A stretch of 64,000 bases of DNA. Source: an uncultured Candidatus Saccharibacteria bacterium (GTDB lineage Bacteria > Patescibacteriota > Minisyncoccia > Phycocordibacterales > UBA9988). This document shows positions 36,015 to 45,606 of this stretch, piece by piece. The notes below the pieces were generated by a model. That model did no database searches, was not told the origin of the DNA, and was given only the letters and a program-made list of their open reading frames with translations. The number at the start of each line of letters is the position of its first letter. The stretch's first letter is position 1. The DNA lies in contig CAYNXC010000001.1 of NCBI GenBank assembly GCA_964401135.1, forward strand, positions 2,627 to 66,626, in the 5' to 3' direction. The position numbers were made by a program, and so were the translations under genes.

Positions 36015-37748
36015 ATGGAACAGAACGAGGCGGTGATCCGCATCCGTCATTCGCTTGCACATCTTCTTGCAATGGCTGTCAAGGAGAGAGACCCGGGAGC
36101 CAAGCTCGGCATCGGACCCGTTATTGAGAGTGGCTTCTACTACGACTTTGAATTCTCAAAGGGGTACTCCCCTTCTCCGGAAGATCTGAAACAGTTTGAG
36201 ACTCGTATGCGTGAACTAGTGCAAGAGCACCTGCTCTTTACGGCTACCAGCGTAAGCGCAGACGAGGCACGGAGTACATTCAAGGATGAACCATACAAGC
36301 TAGAACTGATTGATGAATTGGTAGAGAAAGGGGAAGACCTGACTGTCTACACTTCCGGGACTTTTACTGATCTCTGCGCAGGACCTCATGTGAACAACAG
36401 CTCAGAGATTACTCCCGATGCATTTACTCTCACCCACACGGCTGGCGCTTACTGGCGAGGGAGCGAGAAGAATGCGATGCTCACACGCATCTATGGAGCA
36501 GCATTTACTACTACCGATGAGCTCGCCGAGTGGCAGCGCATCAAGGATGAGGCGGTACTCCGCGACCACCGTAAATTGGGACGAGAGCTGGGGCTCTTCG
36601 CCTTCTCTGACCTCGTCGGCTCCGGACTCCCACTCTTTACCCCCAAAGGCACCAAGATGCGCGACTTGATTGTTGAGAGAATCCAATCACTCCAAGAGGG
36701 TTATGGCTACGAGCGAGTCACCATCCCCCACATCACCAAGAAAGAGCTCTACGAGACGAGTGGCCACTGGGAGAAGTTTAAGGATGACCTCTTCCATGTA
36801 CACGGGCGCGGTGATACCGAGTTTGTGATGAAGCCAATGAACTGCCCTCACCACACACAGATTTTTGCTAGTACCCAACGGAGTTACCGCGATCTCCCCA
36901 TCCGCTATATGGAGACTACGATGGTCTACCGCGACGAGCAGCAAGGCGAGCTCTTGGGTCTCTCACGCGTCCGCGCCATCTCACAAGATGATGGGCATGT
37001 CTTCTGCCGCTTGGATCAGGTTGGCAACGAAGTTTCAAACATCATCAGGGTCATCAAATCTTTCTACACCGACCTGGGTATGTTTGCGGATGGTAAGTAC
37101 TGGGTCTCGCTCTCGGTACGCGACATGGCGCATACGGGAAAATATTTAGGAAACGATGCGCACTGGAAGGAGGCGGAGGGAGTTTTAGAAGAGTGCGCGA
37201 GAAAAGAAGGATTGGACTACAGACGAGTAGAGGGTGAGGCCGCCTTCTACGGGCCAAAGCTAGACTTTATGTTCAAAGATTCTCTGGGACGCGAGTGGCA
37301 ATTAGGGACCGTACAGGTTGACTTTGTGATGCCGGAGCGCTTTGGACTTGAGTACACCGGCGAAGATGGCAAAAAAGAGCAGCCAGTAATGATCCATCGC
37401 GCCATTGCGGGATCACTGGAGCGCTTTATGAGTATTATTATTGAACACTTTGCGGGAGCCTTCCCTGTGTGGCTCTCACCCGTGCAGGCAGTACTCCTGC
37501 CCGTAGGAGGTGCGCATAAGGAGTACGCGCGAGAAATACTGAGTGAGTTAAAGAAGCGAGGCGTCCGCGCCGAGCTTGATGAACGAGATGAGTCCCTTGG
37601 CAAGCGCATCCGTGACGCAAGAGTGGCAAAGACCCCCTACCTCCTCGTGGTGGGAGAAAAAGAAATCTCCTCCAATACCGTCACCGCCGAAGGCCGTGAA
37701 GGATCCCTTGGGTCTATGAATATTGAAGATTTTATTGAGAGACTCTAA
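36015..37748 (+). CDS. thrS: Threonyl-tRNA synthetase lacking N-terminal TGS domain
   Basis: Begins at the editing domain (IRHSLAHLL), class II core, HRKLGRELGLF. Confidence 0.9.
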   Translation: MEQNEAVIRIRHSLAHLLAMAVKERDPGAKLGIGPVIESGFYYDFEFSKGYSPSPEDLKQFETRMRELVQEHLLFTATSVSADEARSTFKDEPYKLELIDELVEKGEDLTVYTSGTFTDLCAGPHVNNSSEITPDAFTLTHTAGAYWRGSEKNAMLTRIYGAAFTTTDELAEWQRIKDEAVLRDHRKLGRELGLFAFSDLVGSGLPLFTPKGTKMRDLIVERIQSLQEGYGYERVTIPHITKKELYETSGHWEKFKDDLFHVHGRGDTEFVMKPMNCPHHTQIFASTQRSYRDLPIRYMETTMVYRDEQQGELLGLSRVRAISQDDGHVFCRLDQVGNEVSNIIRVIKSFYTDLGMFADGKYWVSLSVRDMAHTGKYLGNDAHWKEAEGVLEECARKEGLDYRRVEGEAAFYGPKLDFMFKDSLGREWQLGTVQVDFVMPERFGLEYTGEDGKKEQPVMIHRAIAGSLERFMSIIIEHFAGAFPVWLSPVQAVLLPVGGAHKEYAREILSELKKRGVRAELDERDESLGKRIRDARVAKTPYLLVVGEKEISSNTVTAEGREGSLGSMNIEDFIERL

Positions 37749-39817
37749 ATATCCAAGTTCGCTAGCTTAGCGTGGGTTTGGATGAAGTGTTTGCGTGTAG
37801 TCACATCACTTCCCATAAGGGCGTCAAAGGTATGATCTGCCTCCGCCGCATCGTGTATCGTTACCTGCTTCAAGATCCGCCGCTCCGGATCCATCGTCGT
37901 CTCCCAGAGTTCTTCAGGATTCATCTCTCCCAGGCCTTTGTAGCGCTGGATAGAGACTTTGGATTGCTTGCTCGCCGAAGCCCGACCTCCCGAAGGAAGT
38001 TGGACTCCCTCCTCTAGATCATCCTCTTCTCCCTCCTCTTCGGTCATATCGGGTATCGTATCTATACCAAGTCGTGCGAGTACCTTCTCTTTCTCCTCAT
38101 CACTAAATGCGTAGTGAGATTCTTTTCCGTGTTTGATTTTATAGAGCGGTGGTTGTGCAATATAGAGGTAGCCACCCTCAATCACCCGCACAAAGTGCCT
38201 AAAAAAGAGTGTAAGGAGGAGTGTACGGATATGCGCTCCATCTACATCTGCATCGGTAGCAATAATAATCTTGTGGTAACGCAATTTAGAGAGATCAAAA
38301 GCATCTCCAATAGCCGCGCCTAGCGCGATGATCAGGTACTTGATCTCTTGGAAGGCAAGCATCTTGTCTAAACGAGCTCGTTCTACATTTAAAATCTTTC
38401 CCTTCAGAGGCAATATCGCCTGCGTGCGGCGATCTCTCCCCTGTTTACCCGAGCCTCCTGCCGAGTCCCCTTCCACTATAAAGAGCTCTGCCTCTTCTGC
38501 ACTTTTAGTCTGGCAGTCTGCGAGCTTACCGGGAAGAGTCATTCCCTCCAGAGCGCCCTTGCGCAAGACACTATCTTTAGCCGCCTTAGCGGCTTTGCGT
38601 GCCTTCATAGCCAGAGCTACCTTCCCGATAATCATCTTAGCATCATCCGGCTTCTCTTCTAGGAAACTCTTAAAGGCTTCACCAAATACTGTCTCCACGG
38701 CACTGCGCGCCTCTACACTACCCAATTTTGCCTTAGTCTGTCCCTCAAACTGTGGATTAGGCAATTTGACCGAGATGACAGCAACGAGTCCCTCTCGCAC
38801 ATCATCTCCGGTGAAATTACTATCTGCATCTTTGACATTGCTGTTCTTTTTAGCGTAGTCGTTTAAGATGCGCGTGAGCGCCGTACGAAAGCCGGTGAGG
38901 TGCATACCGCCTTCCGGTGTACCGGTGTTGTTTGCAAAGCAGATCTCCTGTGCAGAGATTTCATCTACATATTGGAGTGCGACTTCTACCAGCACATGCT
39001 CCGCCTCTTTTTCAACATAAAAGATATTCTTGTGCATAGGCTTTTGCCCGTGGTTGTAGTGGGTGACGAGTGCTACGAGCCCTCCTTCAAAGTAGAATGA
39101 GTATGAGGGGAGCATAACGCCAAGTTCGGAGAGGAACAAAGTCTTTCTAGTATCCAAAGTCCCTTCGTAATCCCGTGCGTCAATCACACGAATACGAAGC
39201 TTCTTGGTGAGGTATGCTTGCTCGCGCATATGCGCAATCACTCGCTCGTAAGAATATTCTGTTTCAGAAAAAATCTCCCTATCTGCTTTGAAGGATACTA
39301 CCGTCCCATGATACTCAGAACTTGATACCTTCTTCACATTTGCTTTCTTTTTCCCTCGAGCATACTCTTGGTGGTACACCCCTCCGTCTCGGTGTACCAT
39401 CACCCATGTCCATTCTGAGAGAGCGTTCACCACTGAGGCACCCACGCCGTGCAATCCTCCAGAGATTTTGTAACCCTTACCCTCAAACTTACCTCCCGCA
39501 TGTAGGGTGGTCATGACCGTCTCAAGTGAAGAGACTTTGGTCTTGGGATGGATGTCTACAGGGATGCCACGGCCATTGTCCGCAACACGGATGACTCCGT
39601 CAGGCAGAAGCACTACTTCAATCTCATCAGCAAAGCCGCCCATGGCCTCATCGCGTCCATTATCAAAAATCTCCGTGAGCATGTGGTGGAGTCCATCAAT
39701 ACCCGTGGAGCCAATGTACATACCAGGGCGCTTCCTGACCGGTTCTAACCCCTCCAGGACAAGAATATCTTCTGCCCCGTAGCCTCTTGAATCTCCTTTT
39801 TTAGCCATATCGTGCAA
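37745..39817 (-). CDS. gyrB: DNA gyrase subunit B (or topoisomerase IV ParE)
   Basis: GHKL ATPase, LEGLEPVRKRPGMYIGST, TOPRIM. Confidence 0.85.
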   Translation of the reverse strand: MHDMAKKGDSRGYGAEDILVLEGLEPVRKRPGMYIGSTGIDGLHHMLTEIFDNGRDEAMGGFADEIEVVLLPDGVIRVADNGRGIPVDIHPKTKVSSLETVMTTLHAGGKFEGKGYKISGGLHGVGASVVNALSEWTWVMVHRDGGVYHQEYARGKKKANVKKVSSSEYHGTVVSFKADREIFSETEYSYERVIAHMREQAYLTKKLRIRVIDARDYEGTLDTRKTLFLSELGVMLPSYSFYFEGGLVALVTHYNHGQKPMHKNIFYVEKEAEHVLVEVALQYVDEISAQEICFANNTGTPEGGMHLTGFRTALTRILNDYAKKNSNVKDADSNFTGDDVREGLVAVISVKLPNPQFEGQTKAKLGSVEARSAVETVFGEAFKSFLEEKPDDAKMIIGKVALAMKARKAAKAAKDSVLRKGALEGMTLPGKLADCQTKSAEEAELFIVEGDSAGGSGKQGRDRRTQAILPLKGKILNVERARLDKMLAFQEIKYLIIALGAAIGDAFDLSKLRYHKIIIATDADVDGAHIRTLLLTLFFRHFVRVIEGGYLYIAQPPLYKIKHGKESHYAFSDEEKEKVLARLGIDTIPDMTEEEGEEDDLEEGVQLPSGGRASASKQSKVSIQRYKGLGEMNPEELWETTMDPERRILKQVTIHDAAEADHTFDALMGSDVTTRKHFIQTHAKLANLDI

Positions 39818-39860
39818 TAAAAAATACCGCCAAGTATCCCTCTAGTATAGCACATACCGC

Positions 39861-41135
39861 CTATTTCCGCACCTCCCAGTTGGGGTGTTTTTCAAGGCTT
39901 GAGGTGACATCGAGCAGGACATCATTTACCTCTGCGTCAGTGAGTGACTTTTCGTGAGATTGGAAGACTATACGGAAGGCAAGCGATGTGCGTTCCTCGC
40001 CTTCTTTACTAAACTCATCAAACTTTGCCGGCCCCTCCACGAGGAGCGGCCCGGCAGATTCTTTAATGGCTATTGCTACCTCCTCTCCTGATACTCCCTT
40101 CGGTACAAAGAGCGCAATGTCACGGATGATGCGGGGGAAGAGTGAAAAAGGTTTGAACACTGCCTCCGGATGGAGAAGCGAGCTCGGATCCACATCAGGG
40201 AGTGTATCAAGCATAGGGAGAAGTTTTGCTAATGGGATTTCTATCCACTCTCTCATTGCATCGCTCTCTAAAAATTCACTGAAATTACGGAGCCATCCCG
40301 GTAAAGTCTCCTTCTTGTACTTCGCCTTCGTATAGGCAATCCCCACAGCAAGTCGCAGCTCTTCTCGGTCTGTAGAAAAAACTGTTCCAATTTCAAACAG
40401 CTGTACCGCCTCCTTCTCAAACATGGAATATTGTAGGTTGCGCGAAAGCGCCTCGGTGAGAGCATCACTCAAGTTTGCCCGCAGAAAGGACTTATGGTTC
40501 GCCAAAGATTTTTCTACCTCACGATTGCCAGTAGCGCTAAACGAGTAGCTATAAATTTCTGTATACCCAAGGGTGGCAAGAGTGTGTCGCACTTTATGTG
40601 CCGCCTCGTACATCCGATTGGGTGCTGTTGCAGTGAGTGCTGTAAGTGGAACAGGAGGGATGTTCCCTACCCCAACGAGGCGCATCACCTCATCCGCGAG
40701 ATCCTCCACACAATTCACATCAGCGCGGTCGTGAGGGATGTATGCGAAGCTCTTCTTCTCATAGCCACGGAGTCCAATACGCACTCGCGCGAGGTACTGA
40801 GTGAGCTCTTGATTACTCAGTGATAATCCGAGAATCTCGTTTAGTTTTTCTGGGGTGAATTCAATAGTCATACGCGCGCGCTGTTCATCAGTAACAACGA
40901 CAAGTCCCTCTTTCATTGTCCAGCCCATAAGCGCAGAGAGTTCTCGAGCAAAACCCTCCGGAGTTTTGGCATCACTCCTGTCAGGTAATATTTTGACCTC
41001 TACAATCCAATCATCTCCTGTCTGCTCTACCGACTCGACTTCGCAGAAAGAATCAGTAAGTATCGGCACCGCACTATCTGGAGCAGGGAGAGGCTCTGTA
41101 AAATACTGATTCAACTCATTCCACGATATACGCAT
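39861..41135 (-). CDS. pheT: Phenylalanyl-tRNA synthetase beta subunit, minimal form (no B1 OB-fold, no B3/B4 editing domain)
   Basis: The N-terminal 35 aa match PheT; B5-like and FDX-ACB-like C-terminus (EERTSLAFRIVFQSHEKSLTDAEVN); 424 aa. Confidence 0.7.
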   Translation of the reverse strand: MRISWNELNQYFTEPLPAPDSAVPILTDSFCEVESVEQTGDDWIVEVKILPDRSDAKTPEGFARELSALMGWTMKEGLVVVTDEQRARMTIEFTPEKLNEILGLSLSNQELTQYLARVRIGLRGYEKKSFAYIPHDRADVNCVEDLADEVMRLVGVGNIPPVPLTALTATAPNRMYEAAHKVRHTLATLGYTEIYSYSFSATGNREVEKSLANHKSFLRANLSDALTEALSRNLQYSMFEKEAVQLFEIGTVFSTDREELRLAVGIAYTKAKYKKETLPGWLRNFSEFLESDAMREWIEIPLAKLLPMLDTLPDVDPSSLLHPEAVFKPFSLFPRIIRDIALFVPKGVSGEEVAIAIKESAGPLLVEGPAKFDEFSKEGEERTSLAFRIVFQSHEKSLTDAEVNDVLLDVTSSLEKHPNWEVRK

Positions 41136-41136
41136 G

Positions 41137-41883
41137 TTAAAATTGTCTTAGAAAGCGGGTATCGCCCGAGTAGAAGAGACGGATATCGTTAATACCATAT
41201 TTAATCATGGCGATGCGATCCAGTCCTGTGCCAAAAGCAAGCCCACGCCATCGCCCAGGGTCGCGACCAGCTGCTGTAAACACGTTAGGGTGGAGCATCC
41301 CCGCTCCCACTACCTCTAGCCACTTACCTCCCCACTTAATATCAAGTTCCACTCCCGGCTCAACGAAGGAAAAAAAACTTCTCCTCCAGCGGAACTCTAG
41401 ATCGGCTCCAAAAATATGACGATAAAATCCTTCTAAAAGCGACTTGAGATGGCCTAGATGCACATCCTCGGCAACCACGAGTCCGTCAATTTGGTAAAAC
41501 TGCGCCTCGTGCGTTGCGTCAGTCGCCTCGTTACGAAAGACGCGCCCCGGCACCATGATCCGGAACGGCGGCTCGTGCTCTTCAAGAAAGTGGGCATCTA
41601 CTGATGTGGTGTGAGTACGCAAGAGAGGTCTCCCATACTTTGCCAAGGCTACGGAGGGTAAGCTTTTCAGATAAAAAGTGTCTTGCATCGCACGGGCAGG
41701 GTGATCTGCTGGAATGTTGAGCGCATCAAAATTGTAGTGCTCACTCTCAATCTCTGGACCCTCTACGATTGTAAAACCAAGGTCTTTAAAGTAACGCCCT
41801 GCGGTGTATATAATCTGTGAGAGCGGATGGAGATGGCCAACCTTCTTCATGATGGAGCTATTATAGGATGAAGTGAGTCGCAT
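41137..41883 (-). CDS. pheS: Phenylalanyl-tRNA synthetase alpha subunit (catalytic core only)
   Basis: FRNEATDATHEAQFYQIDGLVV motif 2/3 region; 248 aa. Confidence 0.85.
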   Translation of the reverse strand: MRLTSSYNSSIMKKVGHLHPLSQIIYTAGRYFKDLGFTIVEGPEIESEHYNFDALNIPADHPARAMQDTFYLKSLPSVALAKYGRPLLRTHTTSVDAHFLEEHEPPFRIMVPGRVFRNEATDATHEAQFYQIDGLVVAEDVHLGHLKSLLEGFYRHIFGADLEFRWRRSFFSFVEPGVELDIKWGGKWLEVVGAGMLHPNVFTAAGRDPGRWRGLAFGTGLDRIAMIKYGINDIRLFYSGDTRFLRQF

Positions 41884-41891
41884 TGAAAGTG

Positions 41892-41964
41892 AGCCACCTC
41901 TCGGATTTGAACCGAGGACCTACTGTTTACAAAACAGTTGCTCTACCGACTGAGCTAAGGTGGC
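41892..41964 (-). tRNA. tRNA-Thr (anticodon TGT), CCA not encoded
   Basis: Reverse complement GCCACCT-TA-GCTC-AGTCGGT-AGAGC-A-ACTGT-TTTGTAA-ACAGT-AGGTC-CTCGG-TTCAAAT-CCGAG-AGGTGGC-T. Confidence 0.8.
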
Positions 41965-41970
41965 AAAGTA

Positions 41971-42366
41971 TTACTGATCCGCGGGGAGCTCTAAGCCATC
42001 TTTATGTTCTTTCAACTCCCCAAGAAACTTGGAGGGTAACACGGCGGTATTCTCTACCCCCTTTCCTCGCACCATATTCATGAGTGCAATAAAGCGTTGC
42101 TCCAAGGAACCTGTGCTGTTCCTGAGTTTAACATAGACCCACTTCAGCACAACAAGGATGGCACTGCGAGTACGAGAGAGAGAGGTGGAGACGATATTTC
42201 GTAAATACTCCTCGTAGAGATCGAGTGCTTTTGCCTTGAGTTCTCGTCGTACAAAGAAGTTGTGCTGAGCAAGTACGGCTCCTCGCCGCAGAGACATGAG
42301 ACGGGCTCCCCACACGGTGAATGCAGCACATCCTGCTATAAACGCAATGGTGAGGTACCACAACAT
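41971..42366 (-). CDS. Hypothetical small membrane protein
   Basis: N-terminal TM MLWYLTIAFIAGCAAFTVWG. Confidence 0.35.
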   Translation of the reverse strand: MLWYLTIAFIAGCAAFTVWGARLMSLRRGAVLAQHNFFVRRELKAKALDLYEEYLRNIVSTSLSRTRSAILVVLKWVYVKLRNSTGSLEQRFIALMNMVRGKGVENTAVLPSKFLGELKEHKDGLELPADQ

Positions 42367-42379
42367 AAAATAAAATACA

Positions 42380-42838
42380 TCAATTTCCTAGAAGCGTGAA
42401 GCGGACAAAACGAGCAAGTGTGATGTTCTCCCCAAACTTTTGGATATAGGATTTAATAAGCGCATCTATAGTAAGCGATGCATCTTTAATAAAAGGCTGT
42501 ACAAGGAGCTCTGTTTGGTCTACTGGGGCAGAGGCAGTAATGTGCATGGCAATATCGCGAGCAAGAGTGACAAACTCTGGATTCTTGGCAACAAAGTCAG
42601 TCTCACAGTTGAGCTCCACCATTGCTCCTAAGGTACCCGTCGCATGGACATAGGCGCTCACTACTCCTGCCTTCACTTCACGCGATGACTTTTTTTCCGC
42701 AATGGTCTCACTCTGCTCTCGTAGAGCTGCTAAGGCCTTTGCTTTATCACCCCCAGAGTCCTCTAACGCTTTTTTGCACTGGGCAAATGAGATACCTGTC
42801 TCTTCTCGCAATTCTTTTATATCACTTGTGGAGATCAT
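42380..42838 (-). CDS. tsf: Elongation factor Ts (short form)
   Basis: N-terminal UBA-like IKELREETGISFAQCKKALE. Confidence 0.8.
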   Translation of the reverse strand: MISTSDIKELREETGISFAQCKKALEDSGGDKAKALAALREQSETIAEKKSSREVKAGVVSAYVHATGTLGAMVELNCETDFVAKNPEFVTLARDIAMHITASAPVDQTELLVQPFIKDASLTIDALIKSYIQKFGENITLARFVRFTLLGN

Positions 42839-43560
42839 GCATTCTCTAAAGGAGTACTGACGATACTCTTTTTCCCATCAAGGTAGGCATGCGCAACGAG
42901 GTGACTAATATAATCAATTGTCTCGCGTGAGGCATCATTCGCCACAATTGGGTACTGCACCTTAGTAATGTCGCAATCAACACTCGAGATACTCATAACT
43001 GGGATCTTGAGATCGCTTGCCTCTTTTACCGAGATTGCTTCGTGCTCAGAGTCAACAACAAAGAGAACATGGGGAAGTCTTTCCATCCGATCAATGCCTG
43101 CAAAGTAGCGCTCTAATTTTGCGATCTCCTTATCAATGGTACCGCGCTCTTTCTTAGTGTAGACCGAGAGCTCGCCTTTTTCACGCTTGTCTTTCAGATC
43201 ACGCATACGAGCAACACGCTTTTTCATCTCACTCCAGTTGGTGAGTGTGCCGCCAAGCCAGCGCTCGGTTACATATGGCATACCAGTCATATCTGCCACA
43301 ACCTGCATAGGTCGCTCTGCCTCCAGCTTATTACCCACAAAGAGAATAGTTCTACCCTCTGCACCAAGCTTCTTAACAAAGGCGAGTGCCGCATCCAATT
43401 GCTCTGCTGTCTTCTCAAGATCGATAATTTGGACTCGGTTCTTAACCCCAAAGATATAAGGCTTAACTGATGGGTGCCTCCGGCTCCGCGAGTACCCAAA
43501 ATGGGCCCCGGTCTTAAAGAGATCCTCCACTGCGGTCAGTACTTCTTTATTGGTATTCAT
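42835..43560 (-). CDS. rpsB: 30S ribosomal protein S2
   Basis: HFGYSRSRRHP... Confidence 0.9.
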   Translation of the reverse strand: MNTNKEVLTAVEDLFKTGAHFGYSRSRRHPSVKPYIFGVKNRVQIIDLEKTAEQLDAALAFVKKLGAEGRTILFVGNKLEAERPMQVVADMTGMPYVTERWLGGTLTNWSEMKKRVARMRDLKDKREKGELSVYTKKERGTIDKEIAKLERYFAGIDRMERLPHVLFVVDSEHEAISVKEASDLKIPVMSISSVDCDITKVQYPIVANDASRETIDYISHLVAHAYLDGKKSIVSTPLENA

Positions 43561-43611
43561 TTTTGCACCAGCAGATTAGCACAAAGCTCAGTCTGTTGCA
43601 AGATTTATCTC

Positions 43612-45576
43612 TCACTGAGGCATGGATTTATTCCCAGTATTCGTATTATCGACCCTGAAGTAATATACATATGGGTCACAGACTTTGCTATTTACACTTT
43701 TATTTAAGTTAAAACTTTGAGTAGAAGATTGTGTATTACTATTAGTCAATTTTAGCCGGAGAGATACTTGTCTTGATTTGTCTGTCGAAGTCCACTCACC
43801 GACTTCCCAAGTTTGACCGCCGTCAGAACTGAACTCTCCAATAAGTCCTACTGTTGTATTTGATGTATTTGATACGTCTAACTTTACCCCAGTACGATTT
43901 GTAGAGATACTATAAGTAGGGCTCCCCACGAGAGTTGCGGAGGCGGTGTTTATCGTAATTATAGGATGGACTTCGCTGCAAGGCACTGAACTTCCTTGAC
44001 TATTCATTTTTGTGCAACTAACAACCGCTTCTCTACATACATCTGTAGTCACAGTATTTTGTATAAACCGTGCAGTCACAGTCTTTGATTTATCCATTGG
44101 AATATCTGAGCAGGTGCTTCTATTTTCAGTCCCTCCTGCTTGGGTACATGTAGATGCCCAACCGTCAAAGGTTGATTTGGAATCCGCTGTGGCGGTAAGC
44201 GTCACTTTGGTTACGGGTGAGAGCTTAAAGAAGGATCCTGAACAATTTGTTCCACAGTTGATACCGGAGCCGCTGACAGTTCCAGATCCGTCCCCTTTCT
44301 TATCCACAGTAAGTGTTACGAGTGATACTCCCCTCAAATCAAACCGTGCAGTCACAGTCTTTGATTTATCCATTGGAATATCTGAGCAGGTGCTTCTATT
44401 TTCAGTCCCTCCTGCTTGGGTACATGTAGATGCCCAACCGTCAAAGGTTGATTTGGAATCCGCTGTGGCGGTAAGCGTCACTTTGGTCGCTGGTGAGGTG
44501 ATGGTAAAGGATTCTGAACAATTTTTTCCACAATTGATACGGGAGCCGCTGACAGTTCCCTTTCCTCTCCCATCTGTATCAACAGTAAGAGTTGCAGATG
44601 CTGATGCCTTTTTACTGAACTTTGCTGCTACGATCTTTGACTCATTCATCAGAATATCTGAGCAGGTGGTTCCTATTTCAGTCCCTCTTGCTTGGGTACA
44701 TGTAGATGTATTACTAGAAAATACCCATCCGTCAAAGGTTGATCCGGGATCCGCTGTGGCGGTAAGCGTCACTTGGGTTACGGGTGAGATAGGGAAGGAT
44801 TCTGAACAATCTGTTCCACAATTGATACCGGTGCCGCTGACAGTTCCCTTTCCGGATCCCGATACAAGAGTATTAAGCTGTATCGCAGGTGTTACTGTTC
44901 TGGTAGTCACCATACACACACCCGGACATCCGCCATTTACTGATGCGGCTTGAGCAGTGGTGAGCGAGTCAAACTTAATCCATCCAAGGTTTAATGCCCC
45001 CCAAGCAAAACCACGGAGCGCAGAGATAGTTAGCGTGCCAGAGCTAGAGAGAGCACTCTTAGTAATCCCATATCCTGGGTTACCCCTTAGCGAAATCCAC
45101 CCATCCCATCCGCCTAGTTCAACCCCATCAACCACCTTAACCTCAGAATCCTTTAAAGATCCGGAGCATCCATTTTTATATACTTCACACGCGCGAGCCC
45201 ATCCATAGATTTGATTATTTGAATTTAGGACTGCATCACTTCGAGTATTACCAGTTGCTATTGGAAATATGCCCCCATCGCTCCCACTTGGATCGAGCCC
45301 ACCGAATCTTATCCATCCGATAGAAGGGCTCCATGCGTAGCCTAACATATCCCCTGTGTTACTGATTGATACTCCATAATCCACTCCGGAACACGAACCG
45401 GGCACCGTTGGGTTGGAACAATTATTAAAACTGATCCATCCGATGTTTGAACTCCATGCCCAGCCGTAGACATTATGTTTTGTCCCTGCAAGAGCTGGTG
45501 TCGCGACCAGGAAGCTACTGATAAATGCTATGGATAATAGAGAGAGAAGCGCATGATGTTTCCTTATCATCATCAC
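43612..45576 (-). CDS. Secreted/cell-surface protein: signal peptide, N-terminal GW-rich repeats, three tandem Cys-containing InlB-B-repeat-like modules, C-terminal beta-rich domain
   Basis: Signal peptide MMMIRKHHALLSLLSIAFISSFLVATPALA. Repeated YGWAWS..IGWI.F motifs. Three modules G.G.VSG.GINCG.NCS.SF..SPVTKVTLTATAD..STFDGW...C. Confidence 0.65.
   Translation of the reverse strand: MMMIRKHHALLSLLSIAFISSFLVATPALAGTKHNVYGWAWSSNIGWISFNNCSNPTVPGSCSGVDYGVSISNTGDMLGYAWSPSIGWIRFGGLDPSGSDGGIFPIATGNTRSDAVLNSNNQIYGWARACEVYKNGCSGSLKDSEVKVVDGVELGGWDGWISLRGNPGYGITKSALSSSGTLTISALRGFAWGALNLGWIKFDSLTTAQAASVNGGCPGVCMVTTRTVTPAIQLNTLVSGSGKGTVSGTGINCGTDCSESFPISPVTQVTLTATADPGSTFDGWVFSSNTSTCTQARGTEIGTTCSDILMNESKIVAAKFSKKASASATLTVDTDGRGKGTVSGSRINCGKNCSESFTITSPATKVTLTATADSKSTFDGWASTCTQAGGTENRSTCSDIPMDKSKTVTARFDLRGVSLVTLTVDKKGDGSGTVSGSGINCGTNCSGSFFKLSPVTKVTLTATADSKSTFDGWASTCTQAGGTENRSTCSDIPMDKSKTVTARFIQNTVTTDVCREAVVSCTKMNSQGSSVPCSEVHPIITINTASATLVGSPTYSISTNRTGVKLDVSNTSNTTVGLIGEFSSDGGQTWEVGEWTSTDKSRQVSLRLKLTNSNTQSSTQSFNLNKSVNSKVCDPYVYYFRVDNTNTGNKSMPQ
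44065..44870. repeat. Three tandem ~276-bp repeats; copies 1 and 2 share a ~150-bp block that is 100% identical
   Basis: aaaccgtgcagtcacagtctttgatttatccattggaatatctgagcagg...gtaagcgtcactttggt at 44065 and 44341; a divergent third copy begins ~44617. Confidence 0.75.
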
Positions 45577-45606
45577 ATCATACCACTTTTGAAGATATTA
45601 GAAGGC

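Noticed and set aside
41883-42083. 66-aa plus-strand ORF overlapping tRNA-Thr
   Set aside because: It is the complement of the tRNA gene. The tRNA fold is perfect, so the ORF is spurious.
44012-44953. 313-aa plus-strand ORF across the tandem-repeat region
   Set aside because: It is the mirror frame of the minus-strand secreted protein. It has no start context or signal peptide, and its open frame is an artefact of the repeated, codon-biased sequence opposite.
43612-45576. Possible CRISPR array because of tandem direct repeats
   Set aside because: Repeats are 276 bp, contiguous and coding, with no short repeat-spacer periodicity. The 25-bp repeat pair at 31450/32108 has only two copies and a 633-bp gene between them, so it is not a CRISPR array either.
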